A stretch of DNA of 64,000 nt, from NCBI GenBank assembly GCA_016184225.1, contig JACPDA010000005.1, forward strand, positions 67,590 through 131,589, written 5' to 3'. Source of the DNA: Candidatus Daviesbacteria bacterium (GTDB lineage: Bacteria; Patescibacteriota; Microgenomatia; Daviesbacterales; UBA10151). Both the position numbers and the translations under genes were made by a program. The notes below the pieces were generated by a model, which was not told the DNA's origin, ran no database searches, and saw nothing but the letters and a program-made list of their open reading frames with translations. Position 1 is the first letter of the stretch. Each line of letters starts with the position of its first letter. Below, piece after piece: positions 29,448-38,977 of the stretch.

Positions 29448-30064
29448 ATGATAAAACCGGATTTTTTTATCAGATCCTCCAATTGGTTGTGGTGGAAAGG
29501 ATGAAGATGGGCATTTCTCCATACTCTGCCCTTTGTATTTTCCCAAATAAACCACACAATTCGAAAAAGTAGGCTTCCGGAATCCATCGTCAAAATTAAA
29601 GTGCCGTTTTCCTTAAGCACTCTACGAATTTCTTTTAAACACTTATCCGGTTTTTCAACATGTTCGATTGTTTCATAAAAAAGAATTAAGTCAAAAAAGG
29701 TTTTTTTATAAGGTATCCTCTCGGCTGATGCAATTTTAAAATCTATCCCGGGATAGGTTTTCTTTGCGGAATCGATAGCCTTATCGTAGACGTCTACACC
29801 ATAATAGGAAGCGCCGGGGAATGCTTTGGCAATTTCCGAGACCATAAAACCCGAGGCACAGCCGACATCCAGGCAGTTATTAAATTCCAGATCTTTAATA
29901 ATTTTTTTGGCAAGCTTAATTTTAGTATCGTGCCAGAGCCACTGGAAGAAATTATTTTTGACTCCATTTTGATAATAATTTACCGGGACCTTGCTCCAAG
30001 TGTTATATAGCCTGTGGTTTTGCATATTTTTGGACCGTGAAGCCGCCGATAGTTTTTTCTTCAA
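29345..30064 (-). CDS. Class I SAM-dependent methyltransferase
   Basis: Motif I (LDVGCASG) and a post-I acidic residue. An alternative start near 30025 is possible. Confidence 0.7.
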   Translation of the reverse strand: MKKKLSAASRSKNMQNHRLYNTWSKVPVNYYQNGVKNNFFQWLWHDTKIKLAKKIIKDLEFNNCLDVGCASGFMVSEIAKAFPGASYYGVDVYDKAIDSAKKTYPGIDFKIASAERIPYKKTFFDLILFYETIEHVEKPDKCLKEIRRVLKENGTLILTMDSGSLLFRIVWFIWENTKGRVWRNAHLHPFHHNQLEDLIKKSGFIIQDKIFSFLGMEVTFVLSNSSKRSGPTLPPGLTL

Positions 30065-31559
30065 TTAATTCGCCTTTTTCCTTTGCCCAGGTTCTGCCTA
30101 TATTTTTGTAAATCTCGGGGATGCGGTTGGTTTCCGAGATTAACATATAGAAATATTTTTCCTTGTTTGTTGTTTTAGGAAGCAGGTCATAAGGGTGGAG
30201 TTGATCTCCGCCCAGCCAGCCGGGTACATATCCAAAGTTTTCTTTACCGTACCAATTATAAAGATATGCCCACATGCCGTTATAGTAAAGCGGATAGGTG
30301 ACTGCGTTAATAGCAAACGGCAGCCCAGCTGCACTTTTATAAGTATAATCAACTACCTGCAATTGATAATTCATATAGGAAGTGGAGTCATATATGGAAT
30401 TAAACAGCTGATAAGCTTTAGACGGCCTGTTCAGTATTATGGTTGCATTGCTTGAAACTATTGCCAGTATGGCTAACAGGATTAAAAACCTAAATTTTAG
30501 TTTTGATATGGCATAGCCGGAGATAAGCGCTATAGCAGGAGGCAGTCCTATTAAAAACCAGGGTTTTTGATGATACCCCAAAATCAGCGTGACAACAGGA
30601 GAGAAAAGATATAGCAGCAGGAAGTAGATTGCAGATTTTTCCTGTTTTGCCAGTTTAGGTCTAAACAGGAAATACAGGGTAATTAGGATTATGATTGCTG
30701 CTATAAAAATGCCAAGGTCCGGCCTGGTAGGAAATAAATTATTTGAAAAATTTATCCCAAAATCTTGTAAAAACAATTGCAATCTTTGGCCATAAGGCAA
30801 TTTTGTTTCACCAAAGTTTGAAGAAAAATTAAGCAGGGTTTTAACTCCGGCAAAGTTTAGTTTTATTTCGGTCAAAATCATAGTTGCGGTAGCGGCTGCA
30901 AAGGCGGCAAGAGAAAGCAAAGATAACTTTAAGGTTAAAATCTGGGGCTTAAAAATGAGCAAATAAATTATAAATACCGGAATAAGGTATAGAAAAGTAA
31001 GATCTGCCTGTATGGACAGACCCAAACTTACGGCGGAAAGTATTAGTCCCCATCCTCTCTTTATAACAATAAGCCAAAGCCCCAGGTAAAAAAGGGGGAC
31101 TGTAAAAATTGTCACCGTATCAATGGTTAACCAGTTTGAGAATTTAATAAATTCAAAAGAAGCGGCTATGATAATTGCCGAAAGAATCCCCGGTAATACC
31201 TTTTTGAACATTAACCAGGAAAGGACAAAGATTACAAATAAGGTGGCAGCATTGAAGAAGCTATTCCAGTAGGCGCTTGCCAGCGGGCTGCCGTTGCCGG
31301 CAAGAAAGGGAATCAGATTGTAGTAATAATAGAATACTCCGTGATGGATTCGGGGGTCGCCATAAATTGCCCGTCCAATAATCGGGAGCTCGTGATCAAC
31401 GGCAATTTTGTATGTATAGAATAAGTCTTCATACTGGTCGAAATCTAAAACAATGTTACCCCCTTTAATATTTTCATGCCTTAACCAAAAACCAAAAATA
31501 AAAGTGCAAAGTAAAATTAAAAACACAAGTAATTTGCTTTTTGGGATAAACTTAAACAC
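30003..31559 (-). CDS. Polytopic membrane protein, putative GT-C fold glycosyltransferase (ArnT/PMT-like)
   Basis: More than 10 predicted TM segments and an aromatic-rich N-terminal loop; assignment by architecture only. Confidence 0.45.
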   Translation of the reverse strand: MFKFIPKSKLLVFLILLCTFIFGFWLRHENIKGGNIVLDFDQYEDLFYTYKIAVDHELPIIGRAIYGDPRIHHGVFYYYYNLIPFLAGNGSPLASAYWNSFFNAATLFVIFVLSWLMFKKVLPGILSAIIIAASFEFIKFSNWLTIDTVTIFTVPLFYLGLWLIVIKRGWGLILSAVSLGLSIQADLTFLYLIPVFIIYLLIFKPQILTLKLSLLSLAAFAAATATMILTEIKLNFAGVKTLLNFSSNFGETKLPYGQRLQLFLQDFGINFSNNLFPTRPDLGIFIAAIIILITLYFLFRPKLAKQEKSAIYFLLLYLFSPVVTLILGYHQKPWFLIGLPPAIALISGYAISKLKFRFLILLAILAIVSSNATIILNRPSKAYQLFNSIYDSTSYMNYQLQVVDYTYKSAAGLPFAINAVTYPLYYNGMWAYLYNWYGKENFGYVPGWLGGDQLHPYDLLPKTTNKEKYFYMLISETNRIPEIYKNIGRTWAKEKGELIEEKTIGGFTVQKYAKPQAI

Positions 31560-31640
31560 ACCCTTGATTATATATACTTATTTGTCATTTGACTACTTGA
31601 CTTTAAGGAGTTATAGAAATATCCTGAATACAGGATTATT

Positions 31641-32102
31641 ATGAATAATCAAGATGGTAGTTACGGAAAAAGACCGCTTTGGCAGTGGGTATTAATTTAC
31701 GTAGTTATTGGTTTGGTAGTTTATGGCTTGATTTATTATTTTATATTGGCTAGAAAAGGTGGATCCACCTACGGCCCTCCTTCAACTGCCCCTGCTAACA
31801 GTACACCTGCTACTTCTTCTGCATCAGAAAATCAGCAAGATACAATTGTTCTAACAGCAGATGGTTTTTCACCGGCAACGTTAACTGTGAAAACAGGTAC
31901 AAAGGTTATTTTGTCTAATCAAAGCGGAATTGATGCTACCGTAAATTCCAGCCCGCATCCTACTCATACGGATTATCCGCCGCTCAACTTAGGAAGTTTG
32001 CCTGTTGGGGGAACAGTATCTATGACATTTGATAAACCCGGTACATACAAATACCATAACCACCTTAAACCGAGCCAATTCGGGACAATTGTTGTAGAGT
32101 AG
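31641..32102 (+). CDS. Membrane-anchored cupredoxin-like protein lacking the Cys ligand
   Basis: N-terminal TM, a PT-rich linker and a C-terminal beta-sandwich-like region (HPTHTDYPP…YKYHNH…GTIVV). Confidence 0.35.
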   Translation: MNNQDGSYGKRPLWQWVLIYVVIGLVVYGLIYYFILARKGGSTYGPPSTAPANSTPATSSASENQQDTIVLTADGFSPATLTVKTGTKVILSNQSGIDATVNSSPHPTHTDYPPLNLGSLPVGGTVSMTFDKPGTYKYHNHLKPSQFGTIVVE

Positions 32103-32116
32103 TTTTCTTCATAGTC

Positions 32117-33637
32117 ATGATCGGATTCGTGGATGATTTTTTAAACGGTATTACCATGTACCGTTTGATTTTTTATTTTTTGACCTTTCTTTCACTGGTG
32201 GCAGTGGCCTTCAGCGCTTTGGGGATTTTGCCCTTTAACCCGATAGCCTTAATTTTTTCAGTTGCTTTCTTAACTTTAGCCTGCTGGATATCAAATACCT
32301 TTTTTGCCAGAGTTTTTAGGGTGCAGACTAACTTAGAATCGGTCTATATTACAGCCCTGATTTTGGCACTGATCGTGACTCCGGTACGTAACCTTCAAGA
32401 TGCATTGCTGCTGGGCCTGGTGGCGGTTTTATCACAGGGGAGCAAATATATTTTGGCTGTAAACAAAAAACATATTTTTAATCCGGCGGCTTTTGCAGTA
32501 GCCATGGGAGCCTTAGCTTTTAAGGAAGGGGCCAGTTGGTGGGTGGGGACATCCTGGATGGCACCCTTTGTTTTAGTAGGCGGCCTTTTAATAGTTAGAA
32601 AGATAAGACGGTTTAGTTTGGTATTGAGCTACCTCATTGTCAGCATAATTGCTATTTTAGGATCCAGTGCATTTTCAAGCAATAATCCGTTAATAATTAT
32701 TAAAAATCTTATTCTTGATTCTCCGATAATATTCTTTTCTTTGGTGATGTTGACAGAGCCGCAAACAACTCCGCCCGGAAAGTTTTTACAGATAACTTAT
32801 GGGGGTTTAGTGGGATTTTTATTTGCTCCGTTTGTTCGTCTTGGTACATTTTCCTTCTCCCCGGAAATGGCGCTTTTGGCCGGAAATATTTTTTCTTACC
32901 TCCTCAGCCCCAAAGAAAAATTATTGTTAAAAATAAAAGAGAAAATACAAATTGCCCCGGATATTTATGATTTTGTATTTGATCAGGATAGAAAATTGGT
33001 ATATCTTCCCGGACAATATATGGAGTGGACCCTGGGCCACAAAAACCCTGACAGGAGAGGGACGAGGAGGTATTTTACTATCGCTGCATCACCAACTGAA
33101 GAAAACCTTCGTATCGGTGTTAGGTTTTCCCAGAATGGAAGTTCTTTTAAAAAAGCATTAATTTCCATGAGTTCTGGAGATTCAATCATTGCATCCCAGC
33201 TCTCCGGGGAGTTTACTTTGCCAAGAGATCCAAGCAGAAAACTGGTTTTTATTGCCGGAGGGATCGGGGTAACACCTTACCGAAGTATGATTAAATATTT
33301 GTTAGATACTGAGCAAAAGAGAGATATGGTTTTATTTTATGCTAGTAAGAAAGAGGCGGACTTTGTTTACAGTGATATATTTGATAAAGCTGAAAAAAGT
33401 TTGGGGATGAAAACAGTTTATGTCTTAACGGAAAGTGAAAATGTCCCTAAGAGTTGGCAGGGAAAAGTTGGTCAGATTGATAAGAAGATGATTGCGGAAG
33501 AAGTCCCAGATTATCATGATAGGATTTTCTATATTTCCGGCCCGCATTCAATGGTAGATGTTTTTGAGAAGGTACTTAAAGGGCTGGGCATTGCTGGTAA
33601 CCAGATCAAAATAGACTTCTTTCCCGGCTATGCATAA
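32117..33637 (+). CDS. Membrane oxidoreductase with a C-terminal FNR-like FAD/NAD(P)-binding domain
   Basis: N-terminal multi-TM domain plus an RxYT-type FAD motif (RRYFTIAS) and an NAD-binding GGIGVTP. Confidence 0.55.
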   Translation: MIGFVDDFLNGITMYRLIFYFLTFLSLVAVAFSALGILPFNPIALIFSVAFLTLACWISNTFFARVFRVQTNLESVYITALILALIVTPVRNLQDALLLGLVAVLSQGSKYILAVNKKHIFNPAAFAVAMGALAFKEGASWWVGTSWMAPFVLVGGLLIVRKIRRFSLVLSYLIVSIIAILGSSAFSSNNPLIIIKNLILDSPIIFFSLVMLTEPQTTPPGKFLQITYGGLVGFLFAPFVRLGTFSFSPEMALLAGNIFSYLLSPKEKLLLKIKEKIQIAPDIYDFVFDQDRKLVYLPGQYMEWTLGHKNPDRRGTRRYFTIAASPTEENLRIGVRFSQNGSSFKKALISMSSGDSIIASQLSGEFTLPRDPSRKLVFIAGGIGVTPYRSMIKYLLDTEQKRDMVLFYASKKEADFVYSDIFDKAEKSLGMKTVYVLTESENVPKSWQGKVGQIDKKMIAEEVPDYHDRIFYISGPHSMVDVFEKVLKGLGIAGNQIKIDFFPGYA

Positions 33638-33755
33638 GGCCATACCAAAATGGCAAGGGAGCTGCAAGTCCAATTCCATCTGCCCAAAGGCAACCCCAAA
33701 AGACCCAAAAGACAGGGGTTGACACCGAAAGGATAATTTGTAACAATGTATAAGA

Positions 33756-34526
33756 ATGCATAAGATCTGTTCAAAGCTTATTCCGGCTTTATTTTTATTT
33801 GTTGCGGCAATTTTTTTAAGTGTCTTTTATCCTTCCGAAGCCTTAGCTAGTCATTCCTGGGGCGGATACCATTGGGCCAGGACCAGCAATCCTTTTAATT
33901 TGAAATTAGGTGATAATGTTTCAGGTGTCTGGGATTCAATTCTCGGTACTACTTCTTTTGATTGGACTGCTTCCTCTATTTTGGATACGTCAATTGTGGC
34001 CGGCGGTACAAAAGCGCGCAATTGCCGGCCAACCTCGGGCCGGGTGGAAGTCTGCAACTCCAAGTATGGAAATAACGGCTGGTTGGGTTTAGCCCAAATT
34101 TGGGCTAGCGGCCTGCATATTGTGCAAGGAGTGACCAAAGTGAATGACACTTATTTCAACACTTCAACTTACAATACTACTGCCTGGCGGAACCTAGTCA
34201 TGTGCCAGGAGGTAGGTCATACTTTGGGACTGACCCATCAGGATGAGAATTTTAACAATAGCAATTTAGGCAGCTGTATGGATTATACCAGTAATCCGGA
34301 GACCAATCAGCATCCTAATCAACATGATTACGATGAACTGGAGCTAATCTATTCTCATCTTGATGCCATCACTACTATCAGCCAAACACTGCAATCGGGT
34401 CAAGGCAACTTCGAGAACCCGTCAGAGTGGGGCAGATTAGTTAAAAAACAGGGTCGTGTAGCAGTTTTTGAAAGGGATTTTGGTTTGGGGAATAAATTAT
34501 TTACCTTCGTCATTTACGCCGACTAA
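33756..34526 (+). CDS. Secreted metzincin-like metalloprotease homolog with a variant motif QEVGHTLGLTH
   Basis: Signal peptide and an xExxHxxGxxH block whose first His is replaced by Gln. Confidence 0.45.
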   Translation: MHKICSKLIPALFLFVAAIFLSVFYPSEALASHSWGGYHWARTSNPFNLKLGDNVSGVWDSILGTTSFDWTASSILDTSIVAGGTKARNCRPTSGRVEVCNSKYGNNGWLGLAQIWASGLHIVQGVTKVNDTYFNTSTYNTTAWRNLVMCQEVGHTLGLTHQDENFNNSNLGSCMDYTSNPETNQHPNQHDYDELELIYSHLDAITTISQTLQSGQGNFENPSEWGRLVKKQGRVAVFERDFGLGNKLFTFVIYAD

Positions 34527-35554
34527 TTCTGCATCTGAACGGATAAAACTGTTAACGAGAGGGCAGTGCCTACAGGAACTAATAAGTTATCATCTATCAA
34601 AAAAGAAAACTGATCTAAAACAGCGGTTAGTAAAGAAGCGGAAAGAATCAGGGAGAGAGAAAGGTCTAGTGGAGTTAAGGATTTAAGGAATAGTCCTGCG
34701 GTTACAGAAGTAAAAATATAGATTCCTGCTCCGCCGAGCGTTTTTTCCTTTATTAAAGGAATGGATAGAAAGTGCTGGCCTATGGGAACAAGAGAATCCC
34801 CCAAAAGGAAGGCAGTTAAAGAGAGCACGGCGATTTCTTTGGGAAACAACCCAATGGTTAGGAGCATACTCAAAAAGAGTAGGGTAGCACCGGAAGGTTG
34901 AAATCTTTCTTTTTGTTTGGCAAAGATTGACAGGAGCAAATAACGCTGATTGATCTTTGGCGCAAGGAAACGTACAGCGTCAAAGACGGCAAAAACTAAA
35001 AAGAGCGCAGCGATAATCGGAATGACAAATTCTCTGGGCAGCCAGATTGCTCCCAAGGGTAGAGCGATCACACCCAGCTTTAAAATTTGGCGCAAAGGGT
35101 GCGCAAAAGCCAATTTTTTGGAAACAGCGATGGCATAGGTGGTGGTTAATATTAAAAGTGCCAAAGCATAAATTGATCTGGTATAGAAAATTGTCACTGC
35201 AGTGAGGCCCCAAAGGGAAGCTACACCTTTCCCTCCTTTAAACTGAAGATAAAAAGGTTTGATCTGACCAACCACGACTGCCAATCCTGCAAGGATAGCC
35301 AGATCAGGGGTTACTGGTTTAAAAGGAAAGAGGCCGGAAACTGCCAAAAAATAAACAAAAGGAGCTTTTAGAAAATCAAAAATGCCTGTCAGGATACCAA
35401 AAACAGGCCCTACAATTTGATAAGTATTAGTGGCTCCGGTGTTTTTATTGCCAAACTCTCGGATATCAATATGTTTGACAAGTTGTCCGAAAAAATAACC
35501 GGGGGAAAGAGAGCCTATCAGGTAGCCTAAAAATAGTATTAGACCCAAACTCAT
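34523..35554 (-). CDS. plsY: PlsY (acyl-phosphate:glycerol-3-phosphate acyltransferase) fused to a C-terminal CTP-transferase-like membrane domain
   Basis: N-terminal PlsY motifs (FGNKNTGATN, GGKGVAS) over about 200 aa, then about 140 extra aa carrying GDSLVPIG…PLIKEKTLGGAG, which resembles the CdsA/dolichol-kinase superfamily signature. Confidence 0.65.
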   Translation of the reverse strand: MSLGLILFLGYLIGSLSPGYFFGQLVKHIDIREFGNKNTGATNTYQIVGPVFGILTGIFDFLKAPFVYFLAVSGLFPFKPVTPDLAILAGLAVVVGQIKPFYLQFKGGKGVASLWGLTAVTIFYTRSIYALALLILTTTYAIAVSKKLAFAHPLRQILKLGVIALPLGAIWLPREFVIPIIAALFLVFAVFDAVRFLAPKINQRYLLLSIFAKQKERFQPSGATLLFLSMLLTIGLFPKEIAVLSLTAFLLGDSLVPIGQHFLSIPLIKEKTLGGAGIYIFTSVTAGLFLKSLTPLDLSLSLILSASLLTAVLDQFSFLIDDNLLVPVGTALSLTVLSVQMQN

Positions 35555-35581
35555 ATAGATAATTTGAGTATACCAGCTTTC

Positions 35582-37513
35582 TTAGATGCGGGTGACGGTG
35601 CGGAACGTTTGACTGCCGGAGGTGGAGGAAACGATTACATAACTTGGAGCTCGAGATACCCCATCTTTAACTAGTTCATAAGATGAAGAACTTGGTATAT
35701 AAGTCATAGTACCGTAATTTTTGACGGCTAAAGTAGCTTTGCCTAAAGAAGTACTGGTAGCTTTTACTATTAATTGCCTTTTGGAAGTAGAATAGGTAGC
35801 TGAGGTGATTTTGACTATATCCTTAATCACTTTTACTATTGTGGTATCTTGAGCGCTGGCGCCTGCTGCGTCTTTAACTGTTAAAATCACTGTGAAAGTA
35901 CCTGTTTTGCTATAGGTTTTATTGACTGTTTGTCCGGCTCCGGTAGTACCATCACCAAAGCTCCAGCTGTAGGTGTAAGGACCTTGCCCGCCGGTAGCTC
36001 CGCCAGAGAAAGTAACGGAAGTTTTTAAGAACTCTATTTTATCCGCTCCGGCGTCAGCTTTTAAGGGAGCCGGAACAGGGGTTGGTGTAGGAGTCGGTGA
36101 TGGAATAGGTGTCGGAGTGGGAGTAGGGCTTGGGGTAGGTGCCGGCATGGTATTGCCTAGATTTAACCTTTTTCCGCTAAGTGTTTTTCCTGTCAGTGCT
36201 GCTGTCGGATCAGAAGAGGTAAGAAGTTTGTCTTTAATCTGGAGGTGAGACAAAGAGTTTGATATCCCCCAAAGATAAGCTGCTGCGCCGGATACATGGG
36301 GGGTGGCCATAGAAGTACCGCTCATTAAACGATAGCCACTAGGGTCGCAACTACCACAGGCGCCTTTTGGTACGGTGGAAAAAATACTGACTCCCGGAGC
36401 GCCTATATCCACTGTGGCGGCACCGTAGTTGGAGAATGAGGCTAAATTATCATATTTATCAGTGGCTGCTACCGAGATAATATTTGGCAGGTCATATGAA
36501 GCAGGATAGAAGTAAGTTGCATCATTATTATTGGCAGCATTTCCTGCCGCAGCTATAAACAAGGAACCGGCATTATTGGCAGCAGAAATGGCATCATAAA
36601 GGGCTTGGGAATACCCGCCTCCGCCCCAGCTATTGTTAGTGATTTTAAAGTTCATCACAGTGGCATATTGGATGGCTCTAATTGCGCCGTCTATAGTGCC
36701 TGCGCCTGAAGCATTTAAAAATTTCAAAGCAGCAACTTTACCCGGGTAATTTACCCCGGCGACTCCTACCCCGTTATTACCTACAGCTGCAATTGTGCCT
36801 GCAACATGGGTTCCGTGACCATGGTCATCTATCGGGTCAGGGTCGTTATTGACAAAATCATAGCCGTAAATATCATCTACAAAACCGTTTCCGTCATCAT
36901 CCACTCCTGCCTGACCAACTGCTTCGGCGCTATTTTTCCACATATTGGCGCTTAAGTCTTCATGGTTATAATCGATCCCGGTATCAATTACACCTGTAGT
37001 AACGCTACTGCCGTAAGGGGTATCCCAGGCCTCGGGAGCATCAATATCTGCATCTGTGGTTCCACCGGATTGACCGGTATTATTAAGGCCCCATAAATTA
37101 ACGAACAAGGGATCGTTTGGAAGTTGGCTGGTGTGAAGAATGAAATTAGGTTCGGCATATTCTATTTCAGGATCGCTTTTTAGTTTTTGCAAAAGCTCGG
37201 GCAGCTTTTGTTCGTCGGTGGAGGCCACATAGAGCTTATCCAAGCCTTTGTCTTTAAAGGCTTGGATTTTCTCCTGGCGTTTTTGAGCACGGTCTAACTC
37301 CCGCAAGATCTTTCTGGCTGAGCGGAGTTGGAATTTGTTTACTACTTCTTCTTCCGCCGGACTGACAGTTTTGAACTTAATAATTAATTCACCCGGGACA
37401 TATTCAAAAGATGATGGTAAGTTTTGTGGAGACTGCGCAAAAGCAGTCCCAAAACTAAGTGCGGAAAGAGAAAAAATAAGGAGGAATGATAAAAATTTGA
37501 GGCAGTTTTTCAT
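35582..37513 (-). CDS. Secreted subtilisin-like serine protease (S8) with I9 propeptide, PT-rich linker and PKD-like domain
   Basis: D/H/S catalytic blocks (VIDTGID, HGTHVAG, GTSMATPHVSG), a PAPTPSPTPTP linker and YTYSWSFGDG. Confidence 0.85.
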   Translation of the reverse strand: MKNCLKFLSFLLIFSLSALSFGTAFAQSPQNLPSSFEYVPGELIIKFKTVSPAEEEVVNKFQLRSARKILRELDRAQKRQEKIQAFKDKGLDKLYVASTDEQKLPELLQKLKSDPEIEYAEPNFILHTSQLPNDPLFVNLWGLNNTGQSGGTTDADIDAPEAWDTPYGSSVTTGVIDTGIDYNHEDLSANMWKNSAEAVGQAGVDDDGNGFVDDIYGYDFVNNDPDPIDDHGHGTHVAGTIAAVGNNGVGVAGVNYPGKVAALKFLNASGAGTIDGAIRAIQYATVMNFKITNNSWGGGGYSQALYDAISAANNAGSLFIAAAGNAANNNDATYFYPASYDLPNIISVAATDKYDNLASFSNYGAATVDIGAPGVSIFSTVPKGACGSCDPSGYRLMSGTSMATPHVSGAAAYLWGISNSLSHLQIKDKLLTSSDPTAALTGKTLSGKRLNLGNTMPAPTPSPTPTPTPIPSPTPTPTPVPAPLKADAGADKIEFLKTSVTFSGGATGGQGPYTYSWSFGDGTTGAGQTVNKTYSKTGTFTVILTVKDAAGASAQDTTIVKVIKDIVKITSATYSTSKRQLIVKATSTSLGKATLAVKNYGTMTYIPSSSSYELVKDGVSRAPSYVIVSSTSGSQTFRTVTRI

Positions 37514-37590
37514 TCAGGGGCACAAGAGTGGATATAATAACTAATAAGAATCAATTTGTCAAGGTCCCGCTTAATTAGTGAAAAGAAGGA

Positions 37591-37878
37591 CTATTTAGTA
37601 AAACCGCCGTGGGACTGAATGTTTTTATAAGTTTGGGTTAATTTTTCCTTCACTTTTTCCAGGCTTTGGGAAGTAGATATATTCATAGTGTATTTTCTGT
37701 AATTTAACCATTCCGCTTCTGTAATTTTATTTAAGGATTTAACAACAACACTATCCAGCGAGCCTGATTCCCAGCTAATTATTTTAACTACTAGTTTAAA
37801 CAGTTTATCTTTTGCTGCTTGGGCTTTTAAGAGGGCCAGTTTTCTTTCATCTTGTGTTTTTGAGGGGCTTATTATCAT
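37591..37878 (-). CDS. Hypothetical protein (95 aa)
   Basis: ORF only. Confidence 0.3.
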   Translation of the reverse strand: MIISPSKTQDERKLALLKAQAAKDKLFKLVVKIISWESGSLDSVVVKSLNKITEAEWLNYRKYTMNISTSQSLEKVKEKLTQTYKNIQSHGGFTK

Positions 37879-37977
37879 AAAAAGACATGTGCTACTTAAA
37901 AAGTTTTAAATAGACCACTATTATAGCAGGATATAGAAGAAATAACAACTTCCCGTATTGTTTGGAGGTGGTGGGAT

Positions 37978-38676
37978 TTAGGGTTTGCAGAGGGTGGATT
38001 GGGAGCCGCTTATTGAATCTGCAGGTGGGAGGCTTTTGACCTTGGATGAGTCCTCGGGTGGTAATAGATCAAACCAGCAGATGGCATTTTCCCGAGGACT
38101 TGAGAAAATTTTCCCCCTCATATCATATACCCCAAAATCTACAAAAACGTTGTTGTTTTGTCTGAACCCAACCGCTGTAGCAATAATTTCCCCCTTGGTA
38201 ACACTTATCTTTTGGCTAAGTCTGGAAGTTCTTGAATCATGTTCTTTGGCCGCCGACAGCTCTTCTATTACTTTGGCAAATTTAGGGGTAAGTGTTAATA
38301 GGTGATCAAAACGGTACATTATTCCGCAAGAGGTTCTAAAATCAAGCAGATATTGTACTTCTCCTTGTTCGATATATCTGCTGGCACTATCAAATTCTGC
38401 ATCTATTGGAGCTTTAACCTCGATTTCATCAGTTCTAGAGTTATCAAAACGGAATCCTCCGTGTGGTTTAAAATCCCCGCCCCTGACTTGGCCAGGATAA
38501 AGGATGGAAGTGACTTTGTTCATATCAACTGGAGTCTGTAGAACGAGAGGGCTTGGACAATCCGGTGTACTCTTCGATTCCCAAGGCGCAGGTCCAGCCG
38601 GCTTACGAAAGAAGAATCCAAAGCCCAAAATAGCAACTACAATAAGCACTGCAATTACTAAAATCTTGGGCAGCAT
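37978..38676 (-). CDS. Hypothetical membrane-anchored protein (232 aa)
   Basis: N-terminal TM helix and a soluble domain with no recognisable motifs. Confidence 0.4.
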   Translation of the reverse strand: MLPKILVIAVLIVVAILGFGFFFRKPAGPAPWESKSTPDCPSPLVLQTPVDMNKVTSILYPGQVRGGDFKPHGGFRFDNSRTDEIEVKAPIDAEFDSASRYIEQGEVQYLLDFRTSCGIMYRFDHLLTLTPKFAKVIEELSAAKEHDSRTSRLSQKISVTKGEIIATAVGFRQNNNVFVDFGVYDMRGKIFSSPRENAICWFDLLPPEDSSKVKSLPPADSISGSQSTLCKP

Positions 38677-38746
38677 ACTTTAAGTTTAGCATATATTACA
38701 CCAACCAGAACTTGACTCAAAGTTTAAATTTAAATATAGTATAAAT

Positions 38747-38974
38747 ATGGGGAAAATAGCAATTATTGTTGCCTTAATCCTTATTCTTGGCGGTGGGGCA
38801 TATGTCTTTTTAAACAGTGGCAAGATTCCAGGTATTGGCAAAAAATCACAAGCACCATCCTTAGGTGAACAAATTTATAATCAGCAAAATCCTCTTGGGG
38901 ATAAATTGCCCGAAACCAACCCGTTTGCTAAGGTGAATCCATTTAAAGGGGTATATAAAAATCCATTTCAATAA
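38747..38974 (+). CDS. Small TM protein (75 aa)
   Basis: ORF with an N-terminal TM segment, immediately upstream of the Cys-rich protein. Confidence 0.3.
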   Translation: MGKIAIIVALILILGGGAYVFLNSGKIPGIGKKSQAPSLGEQIYNQQNPLGDKLPETNPFAKVNPFKGVYKNPFQ

Positions 38975-38977
38975 ATT

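Noticed and set aside
36050-36140. PT-rich stretch (PAPTPSPTPTPTPIPSPTPTPTPVPAP) in the subtilase, as another repeat element
   Set aside because: It is a typical Pro/Thr linker between the protease and PKD domains, with no similarity to the dispersed repeat families.
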